Source of the DNA: Eledone cirrhosa | Lineage: Eukaryota | Direction of reading: 5' to 3' | NCBI GenBank assembly: GCA_964016885.1 | Contig: OZ024754.1 | Span: 17,980,001 to 18,044,000, forward strand | Length of the DNA: 64,000 nucleotides | Part shown: in pieces, positions 14,790 through 29,221 of the stretch | Layout of the letters: each line of letters opens with the position of its first letter | How positions within the stretch are numbered: position 1 is the stretch's first letter | Made by a program: the position numbers and the translations under genes | The notes under the pieces: model-generated | Database searches by the model: none | Told to the model about the DNA's origin: nothing | The model's input: only the letters and a program-made list of their open reading frames with translations

Positions 14790-15844
14790 AAAATATTGTA
14801 GTTTGCTTGAAGCACTGCAGATTATATAAAAACAGTATGTTAGAAACAACAGCACTGCAGCAGGAGGACTGAATATCAACAACAACTGAAAGGTATTATA
14901 TTGTTTAGATTAAAGTAACAATTCTATAGCTTTGTTTTTATTGAGGTTTTATCTTTCAACTGCAATATATATATATACATATATAGTTAACTGTACCTAC
15001 TCTGCATCTTATAATGCATTGAGTACTAACCTGATTTATGGGCATCCTGGCCATTGTACTGTGAACACTTCACACACATACATATATATATACCTACATG
15101 TACATACATATAAATACATATATACATATGTACACACTAATACAACATTTCTCTCACACATGCAGAAAAAGTGTTTTATGTTATAAAAATGAAATTTATG
15201 ATGCACTAACATCAGTTCTGAATAATCAGTCTGAATAAGATGAAATGGAAGAAGTCTAACTACTGAGGCACACGATTTGAGATGATTGAAGAACAAACAA
15301 GAGTGTGGTAGTTGTAGTAGTAGTAGTAGTAGTAGAAGTGGTGTAATGGTGGTGAGGGAACAGGGAGGTTTTGTTAGTGTTTATAGATTAGAAATCTTAT
15401 TGTAAATGTTAACCTAACAAAGATCAGGGAATATTATCTATTGCTCTATCTACCGAAGAGGAAGGGGAGAAGGGGCAAATTCAATACGAATGTGGTTGAA
15501 TTGTATAATGGTTCCTTACAGAGACAACGGAGCACCTGGAATTTTTAAAAGCAAAAGAGTGTAGAAATATTTAACATTCATGTCTTTTCCAAGGTCACTG
15601 GGGAACATAAGTAAAAAGGAAATAAGATTCAAACTGGTAATTCAATACAGGTCTTGTATTGTACTTGCCACAGATTATACAATAGTATTCACTTCTTTTG
15701 TGTAGGTACAGTCCCAAATTTATGAGCAATGATGTGACATTCATGCCAATCTCAAGAGCATTGCTGATAATATATGTGAAATGGTTATGAACTGAACTCT
15801 GTAAAAAACTAATTTAGATGATTTGCTGTGTGTCTATATATATA

Positions 15845-15891
<47 letters not shown>

Positions 15892-15986
15892 ATATATATA
15901 TATACTATATATATATATATACTATATATATATGCATATACTATATGTATATACACATATATACATATACTATATATATATACACA

Positions 15987-16050
<64 letters not shown>

Positions 16051-16088
16051 TATATATATATACACATATACTATATATATATATATAC

Positions 16089-16140
<52 letters not shown>

Positions 16141-16958
16141 ATATATAATATATGTATATATATATATATATATATATACACATACATATATTTAATATAT
16201 ATTAGTTTTGCGAGGTTTTTGATATGAAATCGTGTGTCGAAACAAATATTGTTATACTTGGGGAGGGTCATATTGTTGTAATAATATTGCTAGAATTAAT
16301 AACAGAACACACTCACTGTTTGGTTGGTTTTCGCTTCTGTAACTTTTATATCAATTAATATATATATTAATTCTGGCAATATTATTACAACAATAATATA
16401 TATTATATATTGTTATACTTTTGGAGGGTCATGTTGCCAATAAAAACCCATCTACCTGTTGGTTCGATAACTGGAAGGTTGTTTATATATTGTCAAAACA
16501 TTTTGTCACACATTCTGTAACCTCCTCAGTGACTAGGTTTTCATTTTGTGTATCTTGACTTTGTTCTGTCCTATGCCATGTTGTTTTTGTGTTGTGTATT
16601 TAGTTTCACATGCGCTACATCCGGGTGTGTGGGGGATATTTAAAGAAGCACACAAGACACACCACACAGAAAGAAGATGGCGTAGGACAGAAAAAAGGAG
16701 ACACAAAATAAAAAACTAGTCACTGAGGAGGTCAAAGAGTGTGTGACGTTATATATAATATATATATATATATCATATAGATATATAATATATATATATA
16801 TATATGATATGCACATATAATATATATATATATATATCATATACATATATATATATATATATCATATACATATATATTATATATCATATACATACATATA
16901 TATATATCATATACCTACATATATATAATATATATATATATATATATCATATACCTAC

Positions 16959-16989
<31 letters not shown>

Positions 16990-17940
16990 CATATATATAT
17001 ATATATATATGTATCTATATATATATGTATCATCTATATATATCATATATATATATCATATATATATATATATTTATATATATATATCATATACATATAT
17101 ATATATATATCATATACACATATATATATCATATACAAATACATATATCATATACATATATATATCATATACACTTATATATATCATATACACTTATATA
17201 TATCATATACATATATATATATATCATATACATATATATATATCATATACAAATACATATATCATATACATATATATATATCATATACACTTATATATAT
17301 CATATACATATATATATATCATATACATATATATATAATATATATATATTATGTATATATATAATATATACATAATATATATCTATAATATATATACATA
17401 ATATATATATATATATAATATATATCTATAATATACATAATATATATATATATATAATATATGTATATAATATATATATATATATAATATATAAAAAAAT
17501 CGCTGCTTTCACCCTTAACACGAGATCTTCTGAAACTAAGAAAGGTAAATATTTCGAAAAAACGTCTATTATATATATATATATATTACCTTTCTTAGTT
17601 TCAGAAGATCCCGTTAAGGGTGAAAGCAGCGATTCTTTGCTTAAATTTTAATCTGTTATTTTAATAAATATTTGCTCTAGGGTTCTTATATATTTGATAT
17701 ATATTTATCCTTATCGAGCTCTCTTTGGATTTTAGTCTATATATCATCATCATCATCATCCTCATCATTTTATGTCCGCTTTTCCCTGCTTGCAAGGGTG
17801 GGACTATATATATATTATATATATATATATATATAATATATATATAGATACATATATATAATATACATATATATATATATATAGATATATATATAGGTAT
17901 ATATATATATATAGGTATAGATATATATATGATATATATA

Positions 17941-17979
<39 letters not shown>

Positions 17980-18070
17980 TATAGATATATATAAGATATA
18001 TATATGATATATATATAATATATATATCTAATATATATATATATATATGATATATATATATCTATATATA

Positions 18071-18111
<41 letters not shown>

Positions 18112-18248
18112 GTTTCTAATTTAGGCACAAGGCCAGCAATTACCCAGTGCATTACTGGTACTTTATTTTAACGACCACGTAAGGATGAAAGGCAAATATA
18201 TGTATAATATATATATAATGTATATATATATATATATATATATACACA

Positions 18249-18495
18249 CAATGATATTAAATAAATGGAAATTATATTTATAAAACCATATTTATTCTAT
18301 TATATATATTTCAAGGGTACCAAAATGATATGCTTTCATCAGATAAAATACAAAGTGTGTTTTATAAATTTTGACATAGCCAAGGAAACATACCTTATCA
18401 GTTGAATTTCCCTTGGAAATTTCAACTGATAAGGTATGTTTCCTTGGCTATGTCAAAATTTTATAAATATAGTTTCCATTTATTTAATATCATTG
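18249..18495. repeat. Fold-back element with a hammerhead motif in its asymmetric bulge
   Basis: Inner arms 18361-18410 / 18414-18467; outer arms 18249-18285 / 18459-18495. Confidence 0.88.
18293..18350 (-). ncRNA. Minimal type-I hammerhead ribozyme motif
   Basis: Minus strand tattttat-CTGATGA-aagcatatcattttggtaccctt-GAAA-tatata-TA-atagaata: 8-bp stem I (one G-U), interrupted stem II, palindromic stem III. Confidence 0.72.
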
Positions 18496-19535
18496 AATAT
18501 CTACTCCAGAAATTTGTCGAGTACTCTGAATCAGTTATATTTGTTGAATTTCCAACAAAATTAAATATCCCTTCTACTTATATATATATATCATATATAT
18601 ACATCATACATATATATATATCATATATATATAAAATTATATATATTACATATAATATTATAAATATTACATATTACATATTATATATATTTAAATACAT
18701 ATAAATATATATATATATATACATACATATTTGACTTTCTAGTTCACTGAGATATATTAACAATACTTTCAAAATAAATTTGATGAAATCTAGATTACAG
18801 TTAGTATTAAATGAAAACCTGTCTAAAAATGGTTAAAGAAAAGTGGAATCCCTGAAATCTAAATCACTTTCTTCCATCATTGTATTAGTGTTGGAACAAC
18901 AGAAACAAAAGAAGTGGGCTTGGGATGGGTTAATGATTCATTAATTAATTACTTGTTAGTTAATGACTAGATTGGTTTTATTTCCATAGCTACATTTCTA
19001 GAAAGTTTTTGTTTTTTCGTGGGGAAACATTTTTCTTTTTAAATTCGAATACAATTTAAAAGTAAATGTGGAATATTGAATAAATATATATATATTTTTT
19101 TTTGTTAAGTAGATTTTATGCTACTAATAATCTTATAAATTTCAGCATGCTGTCCAACATAAACGAGAGGTGACATATGGATGAGGTTGTGTTAGTAAGA
19201 GTGAAATGTTATAAAGTAGATATTATATGGTTTATATAAGGTTTGGATGAAAAGGGATAATCAAACAATTTTTAGGGACAACATAACTTAGTGCTTTAAA
19301 TTAATTCACAGTTGTACAAATTAAAAAGGGATAAAAATAAATTTGGTTGAAATGAACAGGAATAATAACAACAACAACAACAGTAACAAAATATTGAAGC
19401 AGAGGAAAATAATTTAAGCTAAGAAATGAAAACTGCACACAGACATTGAATATTTTGAACCTTGAAAGATAGAGATCAAGAAGAAAAAGAGAAGGGGAGT
19501 TTAGAATTTCTTTCCTCTAAAAAATTGTCTTTTCT

Positions 19536-19751
19536 TTAAGGTTCGTCAGCATATGGGATACTTTCGGCACGGTTTAGCCATGGTTTACTGGGACATTCAT
19601 CCATTTCAGGAGAACTGGGAAGATTGTTTTTTTTTAATGGTCCAGAGCGTAATTGAAGAGATGGTAAGCTGGCAACAGACGGACGACTGCGTTTATCATA
19701 GCTGTCCAAGTGAGTATCTAAATCCATTTGAAAAGCGTTTACAACACGGAT
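19536..19751 (-). CDS. ATP2B: PMCA alternative last exon T3 (71 aa, ends ADEP)
   Basis: ttctgttttcag acceptor, then IRVVNAFQMDLDTHLDSYDKRSRPS...SIPYADEP-stop. Confidence 0.87.
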   Translation of the reverse strand: MRVVNAFQMDLDTHLDSYDKRSRPSVASLPSLQLRSGPLKKNNLPSSPEMDECPSKPWLNRAESIPYADEP

Positions 19752-19796
19752 CTGAAAACAGAATGATAACAATAAAAATAATAATGTGTATGTACG

Positions 19797-19847
<51 letters not shown>

Positions 19848-19952
19848 TAAAAAGATATTCTTTTAATGTAGAAAATAAATACTTAAAAAACCACATAGCA
19901 TAATGAAACACGACAAAATAAATTTTAACCATCTAAATATATATACTTGCCG

Positions 19953-19987
<35 letters not shown>

Positions 19988-20372
19988 AATGAAAAAAAAA
20001 AATCAAAATAAATGATAAAATTGACAGAAATGCCAATCAAATTGCAGTTATATATATTTTTTCATTTGAAATAAAATAAATATATACAATTATATACAAA
20101 TATATATATATATACATACATACACATATGTATACATATATATACACATACATATATATATACATACATACATATATATATACATACATATATACATACA
20201 TATACATACATATATACACACATATATATATATATATATATATAAAACAAGCGTAAAGTAAAATTATTGCAGATAAAATAAAGAAAATAAAACAACATTA
20301 TAGTCGTGCAGCATGCAAATGCTAGGCAATGAAAAAGCTGGCCCATGCAATGAACTGATAATCCTGGCTTAC

Positions 20373-20393
20373 GAAAGCCTTCCACGCCAGGTA
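20373..20393 (-). CDS. ATP2B: Candidate PMCA microexon (YLAWKAF)
   Basis: ttctccttcagcag|TACCTGGCGTGGAAGGCTTTC|gtaagc. 21 nt, phase 0-0, aligns with IRVVNAF. Two downstream TGCATG. No transcript evidence. Confidence 0.5.
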
Positions 20394-21602
20394 CTGCTGA
20401 AGGAGAATTTCTCATTACACATTGTAGATCCTATTTTATCACAATAATTAATTTCTTACATAGATTTTAAAGGGGCCCCAGATTTATGGAAGAGGGGGAA
20501 ATGAGTTAAGTGTGACATTGAGTACCTTTTGTTGTTTTTCTTTTTCAAAGGCAAAGGCAACTGATGTAAAGTGAAACTGTATCAACAGGGAATGAAAACA
20601 ATGTCATTGACTTGGCTCACCAGGAGTTTACTTCTACAGTATAGTGAACCACTGAGAACATTGAATAGATGACTATGATGATGATGATAAAATAATAAAA
20701 TTGATGGCTTCTTAATTAGATATGGTATTGAAACATTAATGTTTGAAAGGTCATGAGTAGTTGTGATCTTCAAGCGTTTCCCAAAATCACGGTTGATGTA
20801 AAGGAAATTGTTTTAATGTGGAATTGAAATTGAGTTGTAAACCAAAGTTTCTGAGAACTGTCGCACCTCATTAAACCCAAATTAACAATATCAATAATAA
20901 TAATAATAATTTTATAATTATTATTTAACCTTCAAATTAATTAATGTAAGTTGATAAAATTGACCTGAAATTTGTAGCTTTTTATAGGCAGAAAAATAAG
21001 AATTTTACTACCACTTAAAGTAACAATTGATGTAAGATGAAGTAGCTTCAGCTGTAGATTAAAACTGATTTGTCAATTGAACTCCCATATAATAATAATA
21101 ATGATAATGTTGATGATTGGCAGGTGTCAAATGTGAAAGAAAGGACTATAACTATAGTGTTGAACACTATATGATAATTACTTATTTTGTGGATCATTGG
21201 AGAGATGTAGGTCAAAGTCAACACCTGATCAAATTTGAACTCTCATTACTACTACAACTAATAATAATAGTGATGATGATAATACCCATTTTTACTAGTT
21301 ACAGCCACAGGGCTCTTTATAAGCACAACCATCACATCCTTCTTTCTAACTACATTAATGATACCTTTTTTTCTACTTACAACTATAGGCCTATGTGAGT
21401 AGGATAATGGTACCCTTGTTCCTAATTACAACTACGGGGTTATGTAACTAAAGGATTAAATGTTTGCATGGGACAGTTTCCAACTATTCAGTGAAAGGGA
21501 ATGGTTAAAGTTGATCTCTGTAGGATTCTTGAACTTTAAAGCCACGAGGTAAAAAAAATGGGAAATCAGCCCTTAATTTGAATCTTGTTGTAGCAACTCC
21601 CT

Positions 21603-21633
<31 letters not shown>

Positions 21634-22584
21634 GAAATAGCAAACATATGTTGTCAAAGCTGTTATTACAAAGTGATAAAGAATATTTAAAAATATATTT
21701 TAGAAAACTTTTGTGATACATAGCCAGAATAATCTAAATGTTCAATAATAATTCCAATGAGAGAGAGGATAAACTCACCTTAATTCTGAATCATATACAC
21801 CTAAATTAATTTAATGTATTTTGTCTACTAAATGTTTGGTGACTTGATTAAATAAAATACATAGCCAAATTTATTACATCTAAAATATTTATCTTATTTA
21901 TTTATAGAATAGTTTACATAATTTCCTGAGACATCTGAACTTAAAACTCTAAATATTAATCTAGAAATACAAGAAAACCTAAACATGTAAATATAATTTA
22001 ACTGTTAACACTAAAAACAGGTTTGTTATTTCAAATGTTTATAGTATCTTTACCAGTGGACAGAACTCTGTGATGCAGTCATAGCGCTGTTATGTAATGT
22101 GGTCTCATGTGGTACAGGATGGTAGTTGTTAATATACTCAACTATTAGGTTACTTTATTACATAATATGTGAATTTTTATCATAGTTACACCAGATATTA
22201 TAATGTGTTTATTAATAGAACAATACCATCTCTTGCAGGGACAATGGTTGGCTGTAGGAAAGCTTGAAGAAAGTGAACAACTAGTAGCTTTTTGTTGGTT
22301 AAGTGATTTACTGAAATAAATGGGGCTGCAATCCCCAAACTAAATATATTTTCTATAAACATGTTATGGTACCTATAAACATGTTATGGTACCAATTTTA
22401 TAGGGCTCCTATTTAAATTATAACTTTCCAGAACAATTTTATAAAAGACTCACATGTTAAATATCTTTTCCACAGACTCTGAGCAGTAACAGCGTTACAA
22501 TATAAACTACTCACCATTTAATTTCAAAGACAGTATTATCATAAATCTGTGATCTTGCATAAAGTTTCATTGTATCTTATTAAT

Positions 22585-22700
22585 AATTGTTTCTACTTTT
22601 GGCACAATGCCAGCAATTATCCCAGTGCATTACTGGCACTTTATTTTATCGACCCCGTAGAGATGAAAGGCAAAGTTAACCTTGGCGGGATTTCAACTAA
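22585..22700 (-). mobile_element. SINE fragment (related copies ~18108-18197, ~53345-53490)
   Basis: Shared ggcacaa.gccagcaatta.cccagtgcattactgg.actttatttt...gatgaaaggcaaa. Confidence 0.6.
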
Positions 22701-25700
22701 TACATATTTACCTTGTTGAGAGAAGTCTTAACTGAATTTTTGCTTGATCTAATTAACATTTTGTGTATCTTAGTTACAATTAGATTAGAAAAATGTCTAG
22801 TTGCAAAAGAATAATTTTTTATAAGATTTATTAACTTTTAATCATCTAAAACTCTATAACAGATGTAAGTAGATTTTATAATTCAAAAGACGTAATATTT
22901 GAATTAGATCTTGGATGGTAAATGAGTGAGAAATGGAAAAGAAAAGGAAATCAGAAGTAACAGAACTAAACTTTCCCAAGGTGAGGAATTTTAGGCAGAT
23001 ATTGTTAGATAATTTAAGCAAGATAACTTGTCAGGGGAACTGACCCTCTCAATTATACAGGAAGCATATAGTAGAAATATGAGATTGAGAAGAAAAAAAA
23101 AAGAAAAGGAAAAGAAAAAGGAAAAGAAAAAAGAAGAAAAAACAAAGCTCAGAGAATTTCCATTAAACTATAATGAAAATGTTTAACCATTGAAGTCAAT
23201 TTAACATATAGTAAGTAAAAAGTCTTTGGTAATAGCAGGCAGGTAAGATTAAGACTTTCTTTTTTTTGCCTTTAAAAAGTTTCATTCCAAAAGATAAAAT
23301 AAGAAATGTTTAACTTTATGAAAATATGAAATGTCAAGCATTGAAGAAATATACTGAATAGAAACTGAAGTTAATTGTAAAGATAAATAGATTGAAGTAG
23401 ATAGAAGGTGTTGAAAGTCATTCTTATTTTTGATATTAAATTTATCTGTAGATACCGGAGGAGATTATTATACCTTGTGATTGAAGAAACCTAAGCATCA
23501 TGCAGATATTTTACATATCATATTGGTTATTAAGTTGATAAGTTTTGCCATTAAAACAATGTGGAAGTTGTTTTTATTTGAAATTTGCTAGTATATATGC
23601 GTGTGTGAATGTTTGTGTGTGGCTATAAGGATATGATAACTGATAACCAAAGACCAGTTTAAGAAGCTGAAGGACGCTTGATAAAGTGCCAGACTCTAAC
23701 CCACTGCGATGATGAAGTTGGTTGTCTGATGTGCAAAAGATATGCAAAAGCTAGAACTAGCAGATAAAAATGGTTAAATGGTAATTAGCATCTATGAAGA
23801 CAGTTCAAAGCAAGAAGATTAAAATATTTTTTTTGTTACATCTGCAGATAATGAAGACCAATTTAGAAACCTAAAATGATAAAAGAGAAATGGTTATTGA
23901 AAAAACCAGACATAAATTCATCTAAAATTAGAAATCTAAAATGTAAATAAATATGGGATGAGAACTGAGAACAGCTTTTTAGGGATAATTTAAAATTTGA
24001 ATAATGATTTGAAATTTATTGATCTTACCAAAGAATCAATAATTTGGGTTTTTTGAATTGGTATTGATCATAATAGACAATATAATGTCTAAAATTATTC
24101 AAAACGAAAGTATCAGGATTACAAAAAAAAAAATGAAAAAAAAAAAAAAAATGAAAGAAAAAAGTATATATATTTTTTCTTCTAATTAAAAAGAGAAACA
24201 ATTATTGGGTTTATAAATATAATTTTACATCATTTATCATAAAAATCTAATGTTTGTCTTTGGTAGGGTAGAAATAAGATAGAGGAAAAGAAAAAGAATT
24301 TGATTTTTAAAAGACAAAGCAGAGTGAATTGTATGGGAGAAAGCAAAAGTGAATGAGAGGAGAGAGAGTACTAAGAGTGGTTGTAGGAAATATGAAGCAC
24401 TTTGTTTGGAAAAACACATTTAAATAAATGTTTTTAAATTTCTTTTGTGTAAAGAATTTATTGGGGCAAGTGTCAAGTAATTTTTCATAAAACAACTGTT
24501 TAAAAGTCTTCTAGAAGAAGGAATGAGATTCTGATAATTATGAACATTTGCAAATTAAGAATTTGCAGAAAAGTCAAGATACTGAAAGTATAGAGAATAT
24601 TTAAAACCCTTCAAACTAATTATATAATGGATTGGATTTTTAGTTTGACAACAAACAAAATAAAGCTTAAAAATCATTTAGAGAATAGAAATGAATACAT
24701 ATTGAAAACTTGAACACAACTTTAAATACAACACTGATGGTTGGGGTTAACGGCAGACAGGATGAGAGAGAGAAAGAGAGAGAGGTGCATATAAACAATT
24801 TGGTGCTTGGGACTGAGAGAGTTTCTTGCCAACAATGAATAGCAGCAGATGTAAGGCCTGCAAGTGCTCATTTGTTGATACATTGGTTAGAATAATGTAT
24901 ATCTGAATGGAAGAAAGCAGCAAGATGGGTTGAGTTGCTCATCAAAGAGCAGAGAAGAAGGGTTAAAGACAAGTTAGAAAAAAGAGAAGAAAAAAAAGTA
25001 GAATAAAAAAAAAAAAAAAAAAAGGCAGAAGAAGGATACAATCATGCTACATAGGTAAGTAGGTGGGTAAGTAGAGTCAGCTTGTTTGGACAAGGAAAGT
25101 TTCACCATTATGACAGAACTGGCTCCACAATGTTTCCAATATTTGCTGTTGTATTCTCTCTGGTTGCAAATGTCACCTTAGTTCTTGGGAAAAGATGTTG
25201 TAAGAGATTTGGGCAGATTTCTTTAATTCCAATGTATTCCTGGTTCATATCCAAAGCTCGATGAAATCCATGATGCATGAAGTAAATGAAGCAGTATGTG
25301 TATATAAAATTCACTTTTTTTAACATTTCCTCTTACACAGAACAATTCTCAATGACTTTTGTTTTTTTTTTAATCTTCAAATATACATTTTAAAAAATTT
25401 ACTTCCAAGTAGGCGGATATAAATTGCTATTTATAAAGACAACTTTGCCAGTCAGGAGTTCTGTAAGATTCTAAAAATTATTTTGTGCAGAAAATAAATA
25501 TTTTAAAACAATAGCAATAATGTCATATATTTCAATAAAAATGAACCCAAATATCATGTTGGTTGGGGATTTCAGTGATCATTTTTCAAAACAGGAATTG
25601 AATGAAACATTGTTATCAAAATGATTTTAAAAAAAAAACAAAAAAAAAACACCCCACCCACCAAAAAAAATCTATATTGTGAATATTTAATTTTTTTAGA

Positions 25701-26295
25701 CTTAATCCTGTCCACCCAGAAACAACCTTCCCTAACCCAAATAAAATACAGCACAGTTCTATTGATATTGCTGATAATAATAAAAAACAAAACAACAAAA
25801 CAGCCTTATTGCTATTTATTTATTTATTTATTTTCTCACAAAATAAAACAAAGACATTTCAATATTTTTCCAGGTCCTTTTGTAAAGTTAGAAGTTTTAG
25901 AATGTGCACACACATACACACACACACATATGTATGAATGCAATCCTAAGAGCTTACAAGACTTTTAGAAATATCTTAAAATAGTTTAGATTGATCTAAA
26001 ATTTGGTAAGTTTTAAGAAATAATTTATGAAAATATACCAAAATAATAAAAAAAAATTTTCAACTCAAATAATTGATTCTAAAATGATATTTATAGATAT
26101 TGCCAAACAAATTAAAACCAAATTAATATTCATAGTTTCAGTAAATTTTAAAATATATTTTCTCAAAATATTATTTTAGCTATTTTCCTTTGTTGTACTA
26201 ATTCTAGATTGAAGAGTATTAACTGAATTTTTAGTTTATGAAACAGCAGTTACTCATAAAACCATTTCTTTATTGTTACCAAGCTTTAGACCAGA

Positions 26296-26333
<38 letters not shown>

Positions 26334-27395
26334 ACTGAATCTATGTTAATATCAACTCACAATGTCATCCACTGCATGTTCTGTATAATTTTGCTGAGTT
26401 AAAAGCAATGCTTCACGCCAGTGATACTGAATCAATTACACCAAGAATTTAATCATTATTCGTGAAGATTTCAGTAAGAAGCATTTTTCTCCTTGATTTT
26501 CCCGTGTTATCCTAACAATTTTAATGTTGAAATTGTGTAGGTCAAGGAAAATTGTTTGTTTTGATTAAGCCACGCCAATACATGCACTCCCTATATTAAA
26601 TACTTTAGTTAATTTCAACAGTAAATATATTGGTTATAACTTGCTCCACATATTCTTACAGAAATAAATCTAGAAAGTTATAACAATTTATGTTATAACT
26701 GGGATGATATGAATCAGCGGAGAAAGAAAATGGTATTTCACCAATAAGACAAGCAGGAGAATTTCCATAAAACTTTTGTCATTGTAAGAAAACACAACTT
26801 CAGTATTCAAAATCTGATACACCGGCTTTTAATTTTATTTTCCTTTCTTTCTTTTGAAATACACACAGCCAGATTACATCTCATCAATGTCGTTTTATTT
26901 CAGGATATTTATATATATGTATGTATATATATAGGTGTATATATTTTATCAGTAAATAACTGAAGACTGGTGTTAATAAGCTCAATGAATGCAAGATGAT
27001 ATTAACAGTATTTAGTAATTCAGGATTAGTAATTAGGAAAAAAAAAAAAAAAAAAATGAAAATTAAAAATAAATAAAAGCTGTTATTTTAACAACTACAA
27101 ACAATAACAAAATACTACAGGTCAAACGTTTTTATTCATAAAAACGATAAACAATGCTGAGAACAAAACAGTTGTTGGTACAAAACCTACAGTTAAATAA
27201 CCAATCAATCTTTAAGAACTGCAGATGACCTAGTCATCTCACCTTTTTCTTCCATTATTTGCCTCATTGCTGATACAGATTTTTTTTTTTAAGTCAATGA
27301 CTGTTTGTGTATGGTGATAGAGAGATAGGATAAAGTGCAGCTAGAACATGTAAGCTCAAGAAAACATACATCCAGAGAGCTAGCTGGCATCCTAC

Positions 27396-27431
<36 letters not shown>

Positions 27432-29044
27432 ACTGATCTGAGATAAGAATGAGAGCATACCAAAGATTTGAATTTTTTCCCCGTGACAATGAAATTATAG
27501 CAGTCAGTTAATATTGATATGCTCCGAAAACTGCCAGTACATGAATACTAATAATAGCAAGATTAAAATTTCTTGCAGAGTAAGCTATTTTAAAGTCAGT
27601 TTTAATGATATTTTAAAAAGTTATTTAGTTTTATAATTATCTGTTGATTTAAGATAATGAAACTATTACTTTATTTTAAAGGAATAAATACAGTTCATTA
27701 AAATTTTTTTTGTTTTGCATTTATTTATTTTTCTGAATGTAAATTTAGTAAAATGTGAATCAAACTGTATGTTTGGTGTTAGTCAATATTTGTCACAATA
27801 GAAACACAGGAAACCTGTTCAGTATCTAACAGCACAGCCAATAACTGCAGTCATACTTCAAGACACTCACTAGTTGTTTAAGATTAATCCATTCCAATAA
27901 CTGACACACCCAATGATGGTGTCCATAACATATCCCACTACAAAATGGTTTTGCATTTGTACCTTTTTTTTTTGTATTTTTTAAAGAGAGATTTTCAAAA
28001 TTTACATTTGAATAATTACAAAAATGTTTCTTCTAAAATCAATTAATCATTTCTAGTTCCATTTATTTCATTTTAAAGATCATTTTGTACATAAAACTTG
28101 AAGTTAAAAAAATGATTTTTTTTTGGGTTGTTTTCCATAATTTTATTTTTCATAAATTTTCCACTCAGAGAGGAAAAAATTTGTGTAAAAACTTTTCTCC
28201 ATTTTTCAATTTTTAAAGGTTAATTTTAATTTCAACCGCACATTTGAGACAATTAGCCTTTAGTTAAAGAAAAATATAAAATGAACAAAGCAGTAGGTGT
28301 TTTGTATGGGCAATTGCACACACACACACACTTCCTGTACATACAGAAAATGAAAGTAGACGGTATAAAGATGATGTAAAAATTACTGAAAATCTTTATA
28401 CTGATTAAACATAATGAAAAGTTAAGTATGGCAGCAATCATAAACACATCTGCACACATGCTTCTAACTTCAAGTATGACAGTCAAATAAGAACAAGGTT
28501 TTGGTTTATTTTTTTTTTTAATCTTAAAATTTATAATTTAAAACATTTCAAAACTTAAAGGGAAGGGTTTTGATTATAAAAAGGAGCAAACTAACAGTGA
28601 AAATGTACGTGCCTCAGCCCAACTGATTGGAAGAAATTTGAAAATTTGGGGGTATATGTAATAAATTTTTTTTTAATCCTACTAGATATGTATATTGGCT
28701 TGATATCAATATCAACTAAATTATCTTTGTGGGGATGTAGTTTTCAAAGATATACTGCATTCAGTAAATGGTTTTCATATCTAGAGTAAGATTAGTTTTC
28801 ACAGCAGGAACTGGCACCAGATCAGTGATATTAGGGAAAGGTACTTCTACACTGCACAGTTTCAGCAATATAAAACAAGCTCAGAACCCAAGTTCTAAAT
28901 GAATAAGGATATTTAAACAATAATAAGATGAATAGCAAATGATACAAAATGAAGGGATTGTGACAGTGACACTTCCAACAGCAGCTCTTGCAGTGCCCGT
29001 TTCTATACTACCAGGGCATAGTCCAAAATAGTGCAGTAACATGC

Positions 29045-29221
29045 TCACATTACTGTGTCTATGATCTGGTTGGTGCTAGCAGACCCTTCGATGCGTGGGC
29101 TCACTGGAAATTTGTACCTCATCCTAAGGTTTTCAAGTGATTGGGAACTATAGTTCGAGGACAGACTATGCCCCTCGTAACGCGCATCTAATGCCATGCG
29201 GAAAGCATTAACAACACGAAT
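29045..29221 (-). CDS. ATP2B: PMCA alternative last exon T2 (58 aa, ends DTVM)
   Basis: cctgtttttcag acceptor, then IRVVNAFRMALDARYEGHS...QIIDTVM-stop. Confidence 0.88.
   Translation of the reverse strand: MRVVNAFRMALDARYEGHSLSSNYSSQSLENLRMRYKFPVSPRIEGSASTNQIIDTVM

Noticed and set aside
1-19500. A second gene, or a defined PMCA 3' UTR end, in the first 19.5 kb
   Set aside because: No recognisable coding exons. AATAAA-type signals are too frequent in this AT-rich DNA to assign.
25108-25326. ORF with GFHRALDMNQEY resembling T2's AFRMALDARY, as a fourth last exon
   Set aside because: There is no in-frame AG acceptor before the similar stretch, and the similarity is too short. At most a decayed exon.
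28609-28622. 14-nt microexon candidate (ttcttccaatcag|TTGGGCTGAGGCAC|gtacat)
   Set aside because: Weak donor and no independent support.
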